DNA of 64,000 nucleotides from a virus, in the IMG/VR virus record IMGVR_UViG_3300030103_005357, positions 1 to 64,000 of that record. One strand, written 5' to 3'. Each line of letters begins with the position of its first letter. The stretch's first letter is position 1. A program made the translations under genes and the position numbers. The notes under the pieces were generated by a model. It had not been told where the DNA came from, searched no databases, and was given only the letters and a program-made list of their open reading frames with translations. This document shows, one piece after another, positions 28,983 through 38,872 of this stretch.

Positions 28983-31519
28983 GATACAAAAATCCATTTC
29001 CAGCTGGAGTAAAGCTGCCAGAGATTGTAGTCCCAAAAGAAATTCTTGATGAATTGGGTTTAGAGGAGGGCAGTCCAAACAAAGAGATCCTATACGAGCT
29101 TTCTAGAAAAGGTTTGAGGGAGAAGGGAATTACTAAACTCTCAAACAGTAAGGAGTACTATGATCGGACGATTATGGAGCTTGAGATTTTTGAAGAGTTA
29201 GGATTTATTGATTATATCCTTCTCAACTGGGATGTACTCTACTATTGTAAAAAGCAAGATATCCCGACAGGCGCTGGTCGAGGATCTGCGGCAGGTTCAT
29301 TAGTCCTGTATCTTTTAGGTGTAACAAATATTGACCCAATTGAATATGACTTATTTTTTGAAAGATTCGTATCTAGAAGTAGAGCAAAACAAATTGAGCA
29401 TGGCGGTGAAATTTTTCTTGACGGCTCTCTTCTTGCTGACGTTGACAACGATATTTCTTATAATCGCAGGAGTGAAGTCGTTGAGTATATTGAGAAAAAA
29501 TATAAAGGGCGAACGTCCAAAATCTTAACTTTGAATACACTTAGCGGTAAGCTCTGCATGAAGGAGTGCGGTAAAATTGTATCTGAACTTAAGGAGATGG
29601 ATGTAAATCAAATTAGCGACAGTATTCCAAAGCAGTTTGGAAAGGTGGCTAAATTAAAGGTAGCTTATGAAGAGAGCGAGTCATTTAAGAAACATGCAGA
29701 CAATAATCCTAAAGCATTTAAGATAGCTAGAAAACTGGAAGGTCTAGTGAAAAATACTGGAGTGCATCCTTCAGGGATTTCTATTTGTTACTATCAACAG
29801 TCAGACATCATGCCCCTGCAAAAGACTAATGATGGATCTTTAGTTTCAGGTTACGATATGGATGATGTTGCTAGCTTGAGTGTCAAGTTTGACATTCTGG
29901 GCTTGAGGACTTTATCAGTTGTTAATGATGTTTGCGAAAGGTTAGGTCTGGATGTAAATGATATTGATCCTCACGACCCTTTGATTTATACAGCCTTGTC
30001 TGACCTGCAAAACCCTCAAGGGCTGTTTCAGATCGAAGCGGATACAAACTTCAAAGTATGCCAAAAGATTGCGCCAAGAAATCTTGAGCAACTTTCCGCT
30101 GTGGTAGCTATTGCTAGACCCGGAGCGTTAGACTTCAAAGATCGCTATGCTGAATACGCTAAGACTGGAGAGTCTCAATCAGTGCATGAGTTCTTTGATT
30201 CTGTTCTAGACTACACGGGGGGTATTCCTCTTTATCAGGAGCAATTAATGAAGATGGCTGTGAAGGTCGGGTTCAGCTTAGACGATTCAGAACAGCTTCG
30301 TCGTATTGTCGGCAAGAAGAAGATTGATCAAATGCCAGCGTGGAAGGCTAAGATTAGCGAGAAGGTTAGCCAGCTTGAAAATCCAGATCCTGTTATAGCT
30401 GATGTTCTGTGGAAGGTAGCTGAAGACTCAGCAAACTACTCATTCAACAAATCCCACTCAATTAGTTATGCGTATTTGGCAGCTATTACAGTTTATTTAA
30501 AATTTAAATATCCAAAAGAATTCTTTTTAAGTCTTTTGAGGTTCGCTAAGTTTGAGCCAAATAGCCATGAAGAAATAGCAAAGATATCTCAGGAGTTAGC
30601 TAATTTTGATATTACGCTTCTACCGCCAGATCTCAACAAATCAGATATTGACTTCAAGATTGAGGGTAAGGACATCAGATATGGTCTTAATTCAATCAAG
30701 GGCGTTTCTGAGAAGGTTTTGATTAATCTTCTAGATTTCAGAGAGGGTTCTTTTGCAAACAAGTATGAGGTGTTTGTGGTAGCGAAGCAGGTTGGTCTTA
30801 ATATCGGTGTATTATCTAGTCTAATTCAAGCTGGTCTTTTGGAATCTTTTGTTGATGGCAATCGTTCCGATTTAGTTTTGGAGGCTCAAGTTTTTAATGC
30901 CTTAACAGATAGAGAGAAAAGGAACTTCATAGCGTTAGGCGAGAACTATAATTACAATATAATAGACTCGATTAATGATGTCATAACTAATGAAATGGTT
31001 GCAGATGACAACAAAAAGATTTTCAGAGATACCAGAATCAATACTCTAAAGAAAAAGTGGGAGCCTTACAAGGAGATTTGCAGACTCAATAAACACTCTA
31101 TTAAGTATGCGAACTGGTATTTCGAAACTAAGCTTTTGGGTTACAGTTACTCTTATAGCATCAGGGATATATTTAAGCACCCTGAAGATTACCAATGCTC
31201 TGAATCCGTGAAGATGGCGGGTGACAGATCTGAAGTGAGATGTGTTGGCGTATTAGCTGACATAACTAAGAGAACAAGCAGAAACGGCAATAAATACGCT
31301 AGGTTAGAACTTCATGACGAAAAAGGCGCAATTAATGCGTTATTTATGGATAGTAATAGAGAATCACGCTTGACAGATTACCTTGATGCTGGTAATAAAT
31401 TGCCCAAGAAAGACGATGTGGTCATACTTACGGGGAGTAAGGGTGATGACATAATATTTGCCAACACAATAAATACTTTAAAAGATAAGATTTATATGAA
31501 GCTTTCTCAGGTAAAATAA
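28979..31519 (+). CDS. dnaE: DNA polymerase III alpha catalytic core (no PHP domain)
   Basis: GRGSAAGS, FERF, ADVDND, GVHPSG, KFDILGL, YQEQLM, YSFNKSH, C-terminal OB fold. Confidence 0.93.
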   Translation: MRYKNPFPAGVKLPEIVVPKEILDELGLEEGSPNKEILYELSRKGLREKGITKLSNSKEYYDRTIMELEIFEELGFIDYILLNWDVLYYCKKQDIPTGAGRGSAAGSLVLYLLGVTNIDPIEYDLFFERFVSRSRAKQIEHGGEIFLDGSLLADVDNDISYNRRSEVVEYIEKKYKGRTSKILTLNTLSGKLCMKECGKIVSELKEMDVNQISDSIPKQFGKVAKLKVAYEESESFKKHADNNPKAFKIARKLEGLVKNTGVHPSGISICYYQQSDIMPLQKTNDGSLVSGYDMDDVASLSVKFDILGLRTLSVVNDVCERLGLDVNDIDPHDPLIYTALSDLQNPQGLFQIEADTNFKVCQKIAPRNLEQLSAVVAIARPGALDFKDRYAEYAKTGESQSVHEFFDSVLDYTGGIPLYQEQLMKMAVKVGFSLDDSEQLRRIVGKKKIDQMPAWKAKISEKVSQLENPDPVIADVLWKVAEDSANYSFNKSHSISYAYLAAITVYLKFKYPKEFFLSLLRFAKFEPNSHEEIAKISQELANFDITLLPPDLNKSDIDFKIEGKDIRYGLNSIKGVSEKVLINLLDFREGSFANKYEVFVVAKQVGLNIGVLSSLIQAGLLESFVDGNRSDLVLEAQVFNALTDREKRNFIALGENYNYNIIDSINDVITNEMVADDNKKIFRDTRINTLKKKWEPYKEICRLNKHSIKYANWYFETKLLGYSYSYSIRDIFKHPEDYQCSESVKMAGDRSEVRCVGVLADITKRTSRNGNKYARLELHDEKGAINALFMDSNRESRLTDYLDAGNKLPKKDDVVILTGSKGDDIIFANTINTLKDKIYMKLSQVK

Positions 31520-31531
31520 GCGTAACTATAT

Positions 31532-33949
31532 ATGATGTCTCTAACCGATTACAATCTGACTCCAAAAGCAAAAAAAGCTATAAAGGACGCTAAATTTTTC
31601 GCTAAATCAAATGACCATGCTCTAATTAGGATACCTCACTTATTCTACGGTTGCTTATGCAACCTTTCTGATAGAGTTCGACTTTTGCTTGAGAGCAGGG
31701 GTATTGAATACTCATCTAAAGAATATATAAAAGATTTTAAAAGTTTTTGCATTAACAATGAAGGCTACTTCTCAAGATCCAAAAACGAAAATGCTTGGCA
31801 TTCTGAACTCAATGATGTTATATCTGATGCCAAGTCATTCGCTGACGATAATGAGGACTTTTTTATTGGAGTAGATCACATACTGTACTGCATTTTATCT
31901 TCTCAATTCTGTAAGGCTATAGAATCAGATTCCTGCGATGTTTTGAGCATGTCTGAGGTTCTCCTTGAATTGATTATAGATGCTAATTTAGCAATCCCTA
32001 AATCGGAAGTTTTTTCTCTTGAATCTAAGCCTTCAGAAGAGTTTTTAGACTTACTCAAGACATCTATGGGGAATGAGCCTTCTGGATTCTTATCTGAGTA
32101 CTGCGTGAATCTTAATGATCAAGCTAAGCAAGAAAATCAAGTCCCTATAACCTCAAGAGATGAGGAGATAGATAGTTTGATTGAGATTTTGTCAAAAAAG
32201 AATAAAAGTAATGCTGTATTACTGGGAGATTCGGGAGTTGGTAAAACAGCAATTGCTGAAGGGCTAGCTCAAAAAATAGTTAGGGATGAAGTTCCAGCCC
32301 ATATCAGCTTGTGTACCGTATACAGCGTTGATATGGCATCTATGGTAGCTGGCACTCAATACAGAGGTCAGTTTGAGGAGAGATTCAAAGGCTTACTGAA
32401 AGATGTCGAATCTCACCCTGAAGTAATCTTATTTATTGATGAAATTCATACCTTGATGGGCGCTGGTAACTCCAGCGAGAACGGTATAGACGCTTCAAAT
32501 ATGCTCAAACCTGCTCTTGCCAGAGGGGACGTTAAATGCATAGGGGCTACAACCTTCAAAGAGTACGAAAAGTCTTTTGGGAAAGACCCCGCTCTTAAAA
32601 GAAGGTTCGATAAGGTCGAGGTAAAAGAGCCAACAAAAGACCAAACGCATCTTATGATTAATAATAGTATTTCATACTATGAAAATTTTCATAGAGTTAA
32701 ATACTCAAGAAAAAACATTCAAGATATATTAGATCTTAGCGAAATCTATTTATCGAATAAGAAGTTTCCTGAGAAAGCTTTTGATATTATCGACCAAGTT
32801 GGAGCTAAAGCAAAAATCGATCAGGACTACCCCACTGAAGGCTTGGTTAATATTAGAGAAAGGTTTTCTACAAAGGGCAAAGATTCAGACACTGAGGAAG
32901 AATCAGGAAGATTAATTAAAGAATACATTAAAGATTTAGTCTCTTATATAGATAAAGAAGACAAGAAAAGAAAAGTTTCAAGGAATCATATTCTTGAGGT
33001 TTTCGAAAAAAAGACGGGCATACCTAAAAAAATAATTGGAGAAAGTAACAAATCTTTTTCTAATTTTAAAAAGAAGATGCGGTCAGAAATATTTGGGCAA
33101 GAGGAAGCTTTAGATAGAATTTACAACATCCTCTCTTCTGTAAAGGTGGGACTAAACGATCCAAATAAACCTTTGGCTAACTTCCTATTTGTCGGCCCAA
33201 CTAGCGTTGGCAAGACATTTACAGCCAAGAATATTTCCAAACACTTTTTTGGTAACAAGAATTCATTCCTTCAAATCAATATGAGTGAATACCAAGATAA
33301 GACTGGCATCTCTAAATTGCTTGGAGCAAATGCTGGCTATGTTGGCCATGAAGATGGGGGAATCCTAAGTGAATTTGTTATAGATAATCCAAACTCTGTT
33401 ATTTTGTTTGATGAGATTGAGAAGTGTGATCCCAAAATTCTAGATCTACTCCTGCATCTACTCGACGAAGGTTACATCTCAGACAGCTTCAATAGACGTA
33501 TTGACTTCTCAAAATGCATTATTGTGATGACAACAAACATTGGCCACAAAGAAGCCACAAAAAACACAATGGGGTTTATGTCTGAAAATAATGAGCAGGA
33601 TTCTTATAAAGAAAGTTTGAGTAAATATCTACGACCAGAGCTAATAGCTAGAATACAAAATACCTTAATCTTCAATACGCTAAATGATGAGATTATGGCG
33701 AATATTGTGGGTGTAGAAATAAAAAAGATTAAAAATCGTTTATCTGACAAAGGCATTAATCTTTCTGTTCCCAAGGCAATCCAGAAGTTTCTAGTTGAGG
33801 AAATTAAAGCTAAAAAACTAAATGCTAGGAACATAAAAGCTCTAGTTGTGAAGCTAATTCAGTTTCCATTAGCCTCATTTATGATGGATGAAGAAAAAAA
33901 TAAGAAATTATCACTAAAAATTGTTGACAAAACCATCAAAGTTTACTAA
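31532..33949 (+). CDS. ClpA/ClpC-like Hsp100 AAA+ ATPase
   Basis: Clp N-domain; GDSGVGKT and FIDEIH; GPTSVGKT and FDEIEK; MGF loop. Confidence 0.9.
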   Translation: MMSLTDYNLTPKAKKAIKDAKFFAKSNDHALIRIPHLFYGCLCNLSDRVRLLLESRGIEYSSKEYIKDFKSFCINNEGYFSRSKNENAWHSELNDVISDAKSFADDNEDFFIGVDHILYCILSSQFCKAIESDSCDVLSMSEVLLELIIDANLAIPKSEVFSLESKPSEEFLDLLKTSMGNEPSGFLSEYCVNLNDQAKQENQVPITSRDEEIDSLIEILSKKNKSNAVLLGDSGVGKTAIAEGLAQKIVRDEVPAHISLCTVYSVDMASMVAGTQYRGQFEERFKGLLKDVESHPEVILFIDEIHTLMGAGNSSENGIDASNMLKPALARGDVKCIGATTFKEYEKSFGKDPALKRRFDKVEVKEPTKDQTHLMINNSISYYENFHRVKYSRKNIQDILDLSEIYLSNKKFPEKAFDIIDQVGAKAKIDQDYPTEGLVNIRERFSTKGKDSDTEEESGRLIKEYIKDLVSYIDKEDKKRKVSRNHILEVFEKKTGIPKKIIGESNKSFSNFKKKMRSEIFGQEEALDRIYNILSSVKVGLNDPNKPLANFLFVGPTSVGKTFTAKNISKHFFGNKNSFLQINMSEYQDKTGISKLLGANAGYVGHEDGGILSEFVIDNPNSVILFDEIEKCDPKILDLLLHLLDEGYISDSFNRRIDFSKCIIVMTTNIGHKEATKNTMGFMSENNEQDSYKESLSKYLRPELIARIQNTLIFNTLNDEIMANIVGVEIKKIKNRLSDKGINLSVPKAIQKFLVEEIKAKKLNARNIKALVVKLIQFPLASFMMDEEKNKKLSLKIVDKTIKVY

Positions 33950-33952
33950 TAT
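33924..33952 (+). promoter_or_regulatory. Sigma70-like promoter, probably leaderless transcript
   Basis: TTGACA-N17-TAATAT, 6 nt before ATG 33959. Confidence 0.6.
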
Positions 33953-33958
33953 ACAAAT

Positions 33959-34174
33959 ATGAGTAAGTCAGTTCTAAAAGCTATTCGTAATTCAAAAGGC
34001 CGTTTTTTCGGTCTTTACACCAAGCAGGGCGAATCTCTTAACGCTCAGCTTCAGTCTGAAACAGATCAAACAATTGTGATCTATGATCGCAATTTTAATC
34101 GTACCCGCCGTTTAGCGAAGACCAGTATCGCTGGAGTTCGTTCAGATTCTCGCACCTTTGGTCGAGTTCGTTAA
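33959..34174 (+). CDS. Small basic hypothetical protein
   Basis: Has its own promoter and terminator. Confidence 0.65.
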   Translation: MSKSVLKAIRNSKGRFFGLYTKQGESLNAQLQSETDQTIVIYDRNFNRTRRLAKTSIAGVRSDSRTFGRVR

Positions 34175-34212
34175 TTTTAATAGGTAATATTGGGTTGTAG
34201 CCATAACGCAAG

Positions 34213-34241
34213 ACCCGTCCCTTTAAAAGGGGCGGGTTTTT
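34213..34241 (+). terminator. Intrinsic terminator
   Basis: ACCCGTCCCTTT/AAAGGGGCGGGT hairpin followed by a T run. Confidence 0.75.
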
Positions 34242-34254
34242 GTTATAATACATT

Positions 34255-35325
34255 GTGAAAAGCGATTTTATATTTAAGGATAGGTTATACACCTTGCCAT
34301 CTAGCGGTAGGGTAACAGGCGCTGAGACTAAAATAATTAAAAAAATTATATCTTTCTCTAAATGTAATATTAAAATAGATAATCTTTTATTGGTATGTGT
34401 TGAAGAAGATTATGATTTCTACCATATATACAGTGGATCTAATATATTTGATTTAAAATTATCATTAGACCATGAAAGTGAAAAATTTAATAGAGAGATA
34501 AAAAATACAAAGCTTTGCAAGTCTAAGTCTGTTCCAAAATATGTGGATAGTGGAGTGGTTAAAGTGGGAGATAAAATATCATATTTAATTTGCGAATCCA
34601 ATAGATCAGAATCTTTATTTGATTATGGGAGATCTCACCTATCATCTAATTTAGATTTATTTGCTGATTTCTATTGTGACTTTGCTTCAAACAGCAATTA
34701 TAAATTACTGTACAAAACCCTACTATCCGACTTAATGAAAGAAGCGGATATTAATTCTGTTTTCGACCTAGACCAAAAGTCTTATATACAGAATAATTCT
34801 GATTACGATAAATGCGAAACTATAATTAATGAATTAATATCGGATATCTCAAGCAGATTAAACGTTTTGCCTAAAATTTACACAGGTAATATAATCGGGG
34901 ATTTCGATAAAAACTCAGTCTTTACTGAGGGGAATAATTTTTCATTCAAAGATCTTAGGTATGGATGCAAGGGTCATGTGTATTCTGACATAGCTAACAT
35001 TACTTTATATTACGGATTTAGTAAGCCTGTAGAAAAAACTCTTCTACAGAAAATTACTCAAAAAATGTCTTTAACTGCTGACAATAACCTATACAATCAA
35101 TTTTATGAATTGGAGTTAAGGAGGAAAGCTCTTCATTACCTTCTTCAATATCTCAAAGAGGTGTATATTTATGAATCCTCTAGGATTGAAGTGATTATCA
35201 ATCTAATTGATTCTTTCGCTCAAAGTTTTGACAGGATCTGTAAGATACCAATAATCAGAGATAACAGGGAGTTTATTGTAAGTAATATCGCGGAGCCAAT
35301 AATAGAATCTGACACTAAAGATTAA
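34255..35325 (+). CDS. Degenerate APH/choline-kinase-fold protein
   Basis: IGDFDKNSV..FKDLRYG..G..SDIA has the spacing of HGDxxxxN..IDxE..G..DLA; GTG start after TATAAT. Confidence 0.45.
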   Translation: MKSDFIFKDRLYTLPSSGRVTGAETKIIKKIISFSKCNIKIDNLLLVCVEEDYDFYHIYSGSNIFDLKLSLDHESEKFNREIKNTKLCKSKSVPKYVDSGVVKVGDKISYLICESNRSESLFDYGRSHLSSNLDLFADFYCDFASNSNYKLLYKTLLSDLMKEADINSVFDLDQKSYIQNNSDYDKCETIINELISDISSRLNVLPKIYTGNIIGDFDKNSVFTEGNNFSFKDLRYGCKGHVYSDIANITLYYGFSKPVEKTLLQKITQKMSLTADNNLYNQFYELELRRKALHYLLQYLKEVYIYESSRIEVIINLIDSFAQSFDRICKIPIIRDNREFIVSNIAEPIIESDTKD

Positions 35326-35361
35326 TTATTGAATTGTGAGTCATTTTATATATCATCGTTT

Positions 35362-35847
35362 ATGATTGTTCAGCTTTACAAACCTAACCCCAGAAATACT
35401 GGTTGCGCTTTTAGTTGCGATATTGGTAGCGCCAACCAGAAAGGCGAACCTTGTGTTTATGTCAGGGCAGTTAGGCAGTTTTCTTGGGATGACAAAAAGA
35501 AGACTGGTTCTTTCTCTCAAAATTCGAAAAACCCAGAGGCTTCGATTTCAATTAAATTAAACGAGGTCGAAATTGGAGGTTTGATTCACGCTATTGAAAA
35601 AAATACCGAGTTCAAAGCTTACCATTCTTACGAGGATAACAAGACTCAAATCTCATTTAAACCGTGGGAGAGAAATGGACGACCAAACGCTTTTTCTTTT
35701 GGTATTATTAGAAATTCTACAAACAAGTTTGGTATAGGGGTAGAAATGTCAGAGGCTTACTGTTTGCTTGAATTTTTCAAGTTCGCACTGCAAGAGCTTT
35801 ACGCTTACCGTTTGACTAAAAACGAAGAAATTAAATCACGACAGTGA
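35362..35847 (+). CDS. Whirly/PC4-fold ssDNA-binding protein (putative)
   Basis: Colinear match by eye to plant Whirly motifs; ATG 35362 follows TTGAAT-N16-TATCAT. Confidence 0.55.
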   Translation: MIVQLYKPNPRNTGCAFSCDIGSANQKGEPCVYVRAVRQFSWDDKKKTGSFSQNSKNPEASISIKLNEVEIGGLIHAIEKNTEFKAYHSYEDNKTQISFKPWERNGRPNAFSFGIIRNSTNKFGIGVEMSEAYCLLEFFKFALQELYAYRLTKNEEIKSRQ

Positions 35848-37733
35848 AAAAAAAAGTTTTAATTCACTCTAATTCCTGCAAAGCCTTTACGGGGTTTGGC
35901 AAGAATAAGAAGAATATCATGCGTTACCTATATAATACAGGTAAGTATGAGTTGATTGAGTTGGCTAATGGGTTGGAGTGGTCCAACCCCCTACTATCTT
36001 TAATGCCTTGGAAAGCTGTGGGAGCTTTGCCCCCCAGACAATCCTTACAGGGTATGAATCAAGATATGCAAAGAGCGGAAGGTTATGGTCTATCTGCTGT
36101 TGACCGCGCTGTAAAAGAATTTAAGCCCGATGTTTATATCGGCATAGAGGATATTTGGGCTTTTAAAGATTACCATCATAAGCCTTGGTGGAATAAGATC
36201 AACTGTATGATCTGGACTACCTTAGATAGTTTGCCAATTCTTCCTCAAGCTATAGAATACGCGCCAAAAACAAAAAACTATTATGTCTGGGCTAGCTTTG
36301 CAGAAAAAGCAATGAGTCAACTCGGATACGACCATGTAAAGACTCTCCGAGGCTCTCTAGAGTATGATAATTTTGTTCGCCTGTCAGATGAAGATCGTTT
36401 AAAACTAAGAGAGCGTCATGGCTTGTCTGATGAGTTTATTATAGGTTTTGTATTCAGAAACCAACTCCGCAAGTCAGTACCAAACTTACTTGAAGGGTTC
36501 AAAGCATTTAAGAAAAATAATCCAGATTCAAAAGCTAAACTATTACTACATACTCATTGGGTAGAAGGTTGGGATATCAGCAAGCTTATCGCTGAGAAAG
36601 GTTTAGACTTTTCAGACATTTTAACAACTTATGTTTGCTATAAATGCAATACTTATACAGTTAAGCCTTACGAAGGGCAAGAAAAAGGCTGCAAAAACTG
36701 TGGTTCCGAGAAGTCTGTAAATACAACTAACACTCGCAAAGGTGTGGATGAAAAACAGTTGAATGAAATTTACAATCTTATGGATTTATATTGCCACCCG
36801 TTCACAAGCGGGGGTCAAGAAATCCCTATTCAAGAAGCTAAACTTACTGAGCTTGTAACTTTAGTTACTGATTATTCATGCGGGGAGGATAATTGTACTA
36901 AAGAAAGCGGTGGCATTCCACTCGATTGGAGCGAGTACAGGGAACCCGGGACTCAATTTATTAAAGCGTCAACTTGCCCAACATCAATCAGCCGTGAGAT
37001 AGAGAATGCTTACAAAATGTCCCCCTCACAAAAAAGTGAGATGGGTAAGATGGCTCGACAGTGGACTATTGAAAACTTCTCGACTGAGGTTATTGGCAAA
37101 CAATTAGAAGAGATAATCGACAACATGCCAGATGTTGATTACGACTACGATTCTAAATTAAGAGATTACGACCCAGAGTACGAAATTGGAAAACATACTG
37201 ATTTAACAGAGTTCTTAGTGGATATCTACAAAAACATATTAGATGAGGACGTAGACGCAAACTCTTCAGGCGTAAAGCATTGGACAGATAAGATGAAATC
37301 TGGGACTAAAGCAGAGGAAATTATACAACATTTTAGAAATGTAGCTCAGCAGCAAATACAAAAAAGTCAAATCCCATCCTTACAGGACTTGCTTGGCGAT
37401 GAAGATAAAGGCTCTAGAATTGCTATAGTAATTCCACAGTCTGAAGTCGATGTCTTACTGGTTAATTCACTAATGAAGAGGTTCAAAAAACAGTATTCTG
37501 ACTACAATATTTATGTATTCACTAACCCAGAATATTTCGATCTAATTGAGGATAGCCCTTATGTACACAAAGTTCTTAGGTATTCGAAAGAGATGGAGAA
37601 TACCTTTGTCCTAGAAGGCGCTGGGCAATCAGAAGGTTTATTTAGTGCAGCTTTTTATCCTCATGCAACAACCCAAAAATCCGTATGCTTTACGCATAAA
37701 GGAATCACTAAACACGAATTCTCTTTTATATAA
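35844..37733 (+). CDS. Multidomain GT4-like glycosyltransferase with Cys-rich insert and extra C-terminal domain
   Basis: TGFG, FRNQLRK, CYKC..CKNC insert, TSGGQEIPIQEA; C-terminus resembles a GT9 N-terminal domain. Confidence 0.75.
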   Translation: MKKKVLIHSNSCKAFTGFGKNKKNIMRYLYNTGKYELIELANGLEWSNPLLSLMPWKAVGALPPRQSLQGMNQDMQRAEGYGLSAVDRAVKEFKPDVYIGIEDIWAFKDYHHKPWWNKINCMIWTTLDSLPILPQAIEYAPKTKNYYVWASFAEKAMSQLGYDHVKTLRGSLEYDNFVRLSDEDRLKLRERHGLSDEFIIGFVFRNQLRKSVPNLLEGFKAFKKNNPDSKAKLLLHTHWVEGWDISKLIAEKGLDFSDILTTYVCYKCNTYTVKPYEGQEKGCKNCGSEKSVNTTNTRKGVDEKQLNEIYNLMDLYCHPFTSGGQEIPIQEAKLTELVTLVTDYSCGEDNCTKESGGIPLDWSEYREPGTQFIKASTCPTSISREIENAYKMSPSQKSEMGKMARQWTIENFSTEVIGKQLEEIIDNMPDVDYDYDSKLRDYDPEYEIGKHTDLTEFLVDIYKNILDEDVDANSSGVKHWTDKMKSGTKAEEIIQHFRNVAQQQIQKSQIPSLQDLLGDEDKGSRIAIVIPQSEVDVLLVNSLMKRFKKQYSDYNIYVFTNPEYFDLIEDSPYVHKVLRYSKEMENTFVLEGAGQSEGLFSAAFYPHATTQKSVCFTHKGITKHEFSFI

Positions 37734-38872
37734 TGTCCCACTTACTACACGAATATGCAAAGAGTTTAGGGGTTAAAGTTTCTAAACCCGATCTTCAACA
37801 ACACTTCTTCCCCTGTTTGGATAAAAAGTATATTTTGTTTTATAACCGCGAGCGGCAAGCCTCTAAAATATACAAACACTACTCTACAATATTTCAGTTA
37901 CTGAGAGAGACTCTAGATGATCATGGCATAAAAATTTATCAAATTGGTGGTGAAAATGCAATCGCGGGAGTAAACAGACATTTAAGTTGCAGTTTAAAAA
38001 ACGAAGCTTATATCGTCGCCAAGAGTATGTTGTATTTGGGTCCAGATAGCCACTTATCCCAATACGCAAGTAGTCAAGATGTTAAAACTATAACATTACA
38101 TGGCAATAATTATGCTAGCAGCACCAAGCCATTTTGGGGTAGTTTCAAAAATAAAGCTTGTTTAGAGCCTGATTGGAATTCTAACCCATGTTTTTCGGCT
38201 GAAGACCCCCAAAGACAGATTGATTCAATTAAACCAGAGGAAGTTTGCAAAAAAATATTAGAATTTTGCGGCTTGGGTCATTTAAAATTTAATTTTAAAA
38301 CAATTAATATTGGTGATTCTTATGATCAAAAAATTGTTGAGGTAGTCCCCACGGCAATAACTAAAGGTTTGCCCAAAAGTTTTTTTATTCGTATCGATTA
38401 TGGCGTAGAGGAAGAGGCTCTTTTATATTACTGCGCTAATCATGAAGTTATATTGGTTACAGACCAGTTACCACAAATTAGTATGCTCATGCAGTTTCGT
38501 GAGAATGTAAAAAGAATCCTTTATATTGTTCAAGATAAGAACGATACAATCCCTGAAGAGTACTTTGAATACCTTAAAAAGTTAGGGATAGACTTTATTC
38601 TACTTTCAGACAAAGAGGACGAGTTACCCTTCTTAAGAAATAAATACTTTGAAACCCAAGTCCACCCTCAGTATGATCAAAAGGAGCCTATTGCTTGTTC
38701 TGATAATGCAAAATTTTTAACTAATAAAAAAATCATTGAGGGAGATAAGGTCTACATGAGTTACGCTCATTACAAAAAAGGACTTGACTCTTGTGATAAA
38801 GTATTGGATACTCCTGAATACTGGGAAGAGTCCAAACACTTCTATATTTATGAGCAAGAAAAAAGTAGCTAA
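37733..38872 (+). CDS. GT9 (heptosyltransferase-like) domain protein
   Basis: IYQIGG, YLGPDSHLSQYA..ITLHG, IKPEEV. Confidence 0.6.
   Translation: MSHLLHEYAKSLGVKVSKPDLQQHFFPCLDKKYILFYNRERQASKIYKHYSTIFQLLRETLDDHGIKIYQIGGENAIAGVNRHLSCSLKNEAYIVAKSMLYLGPDSHLSQYASSQDVKTITLHGNNYASSTKPFWGSFKNKACLEPDWNSNPCFSAEDPQRQIDSIKPEEVCKKILEFCGLGHLKFNFKTINIGDSYDQKIVEVVPTAITKGLPKSFFIRIDYGVEEEALLYYCANHEVILVTDQLPQISMLMQFRENVKRILYIVQDKNDTIPEEYFEYLKKLGIDFILLSDKEDELPFLRNKYFETQVHPQYDQKEPIACSDNAKFLTNKKIIEGDKVYMSYAHYKKGLDSCDKVLDTPEYWEESKHFYIYEQEKSS

Noticed and set aside
8972-31519. Inteins or introns in RNR, DnaB or DnaE
   Set aside because: No extra length or splicing motifs; the DnaE pieces have no split-intein ends.
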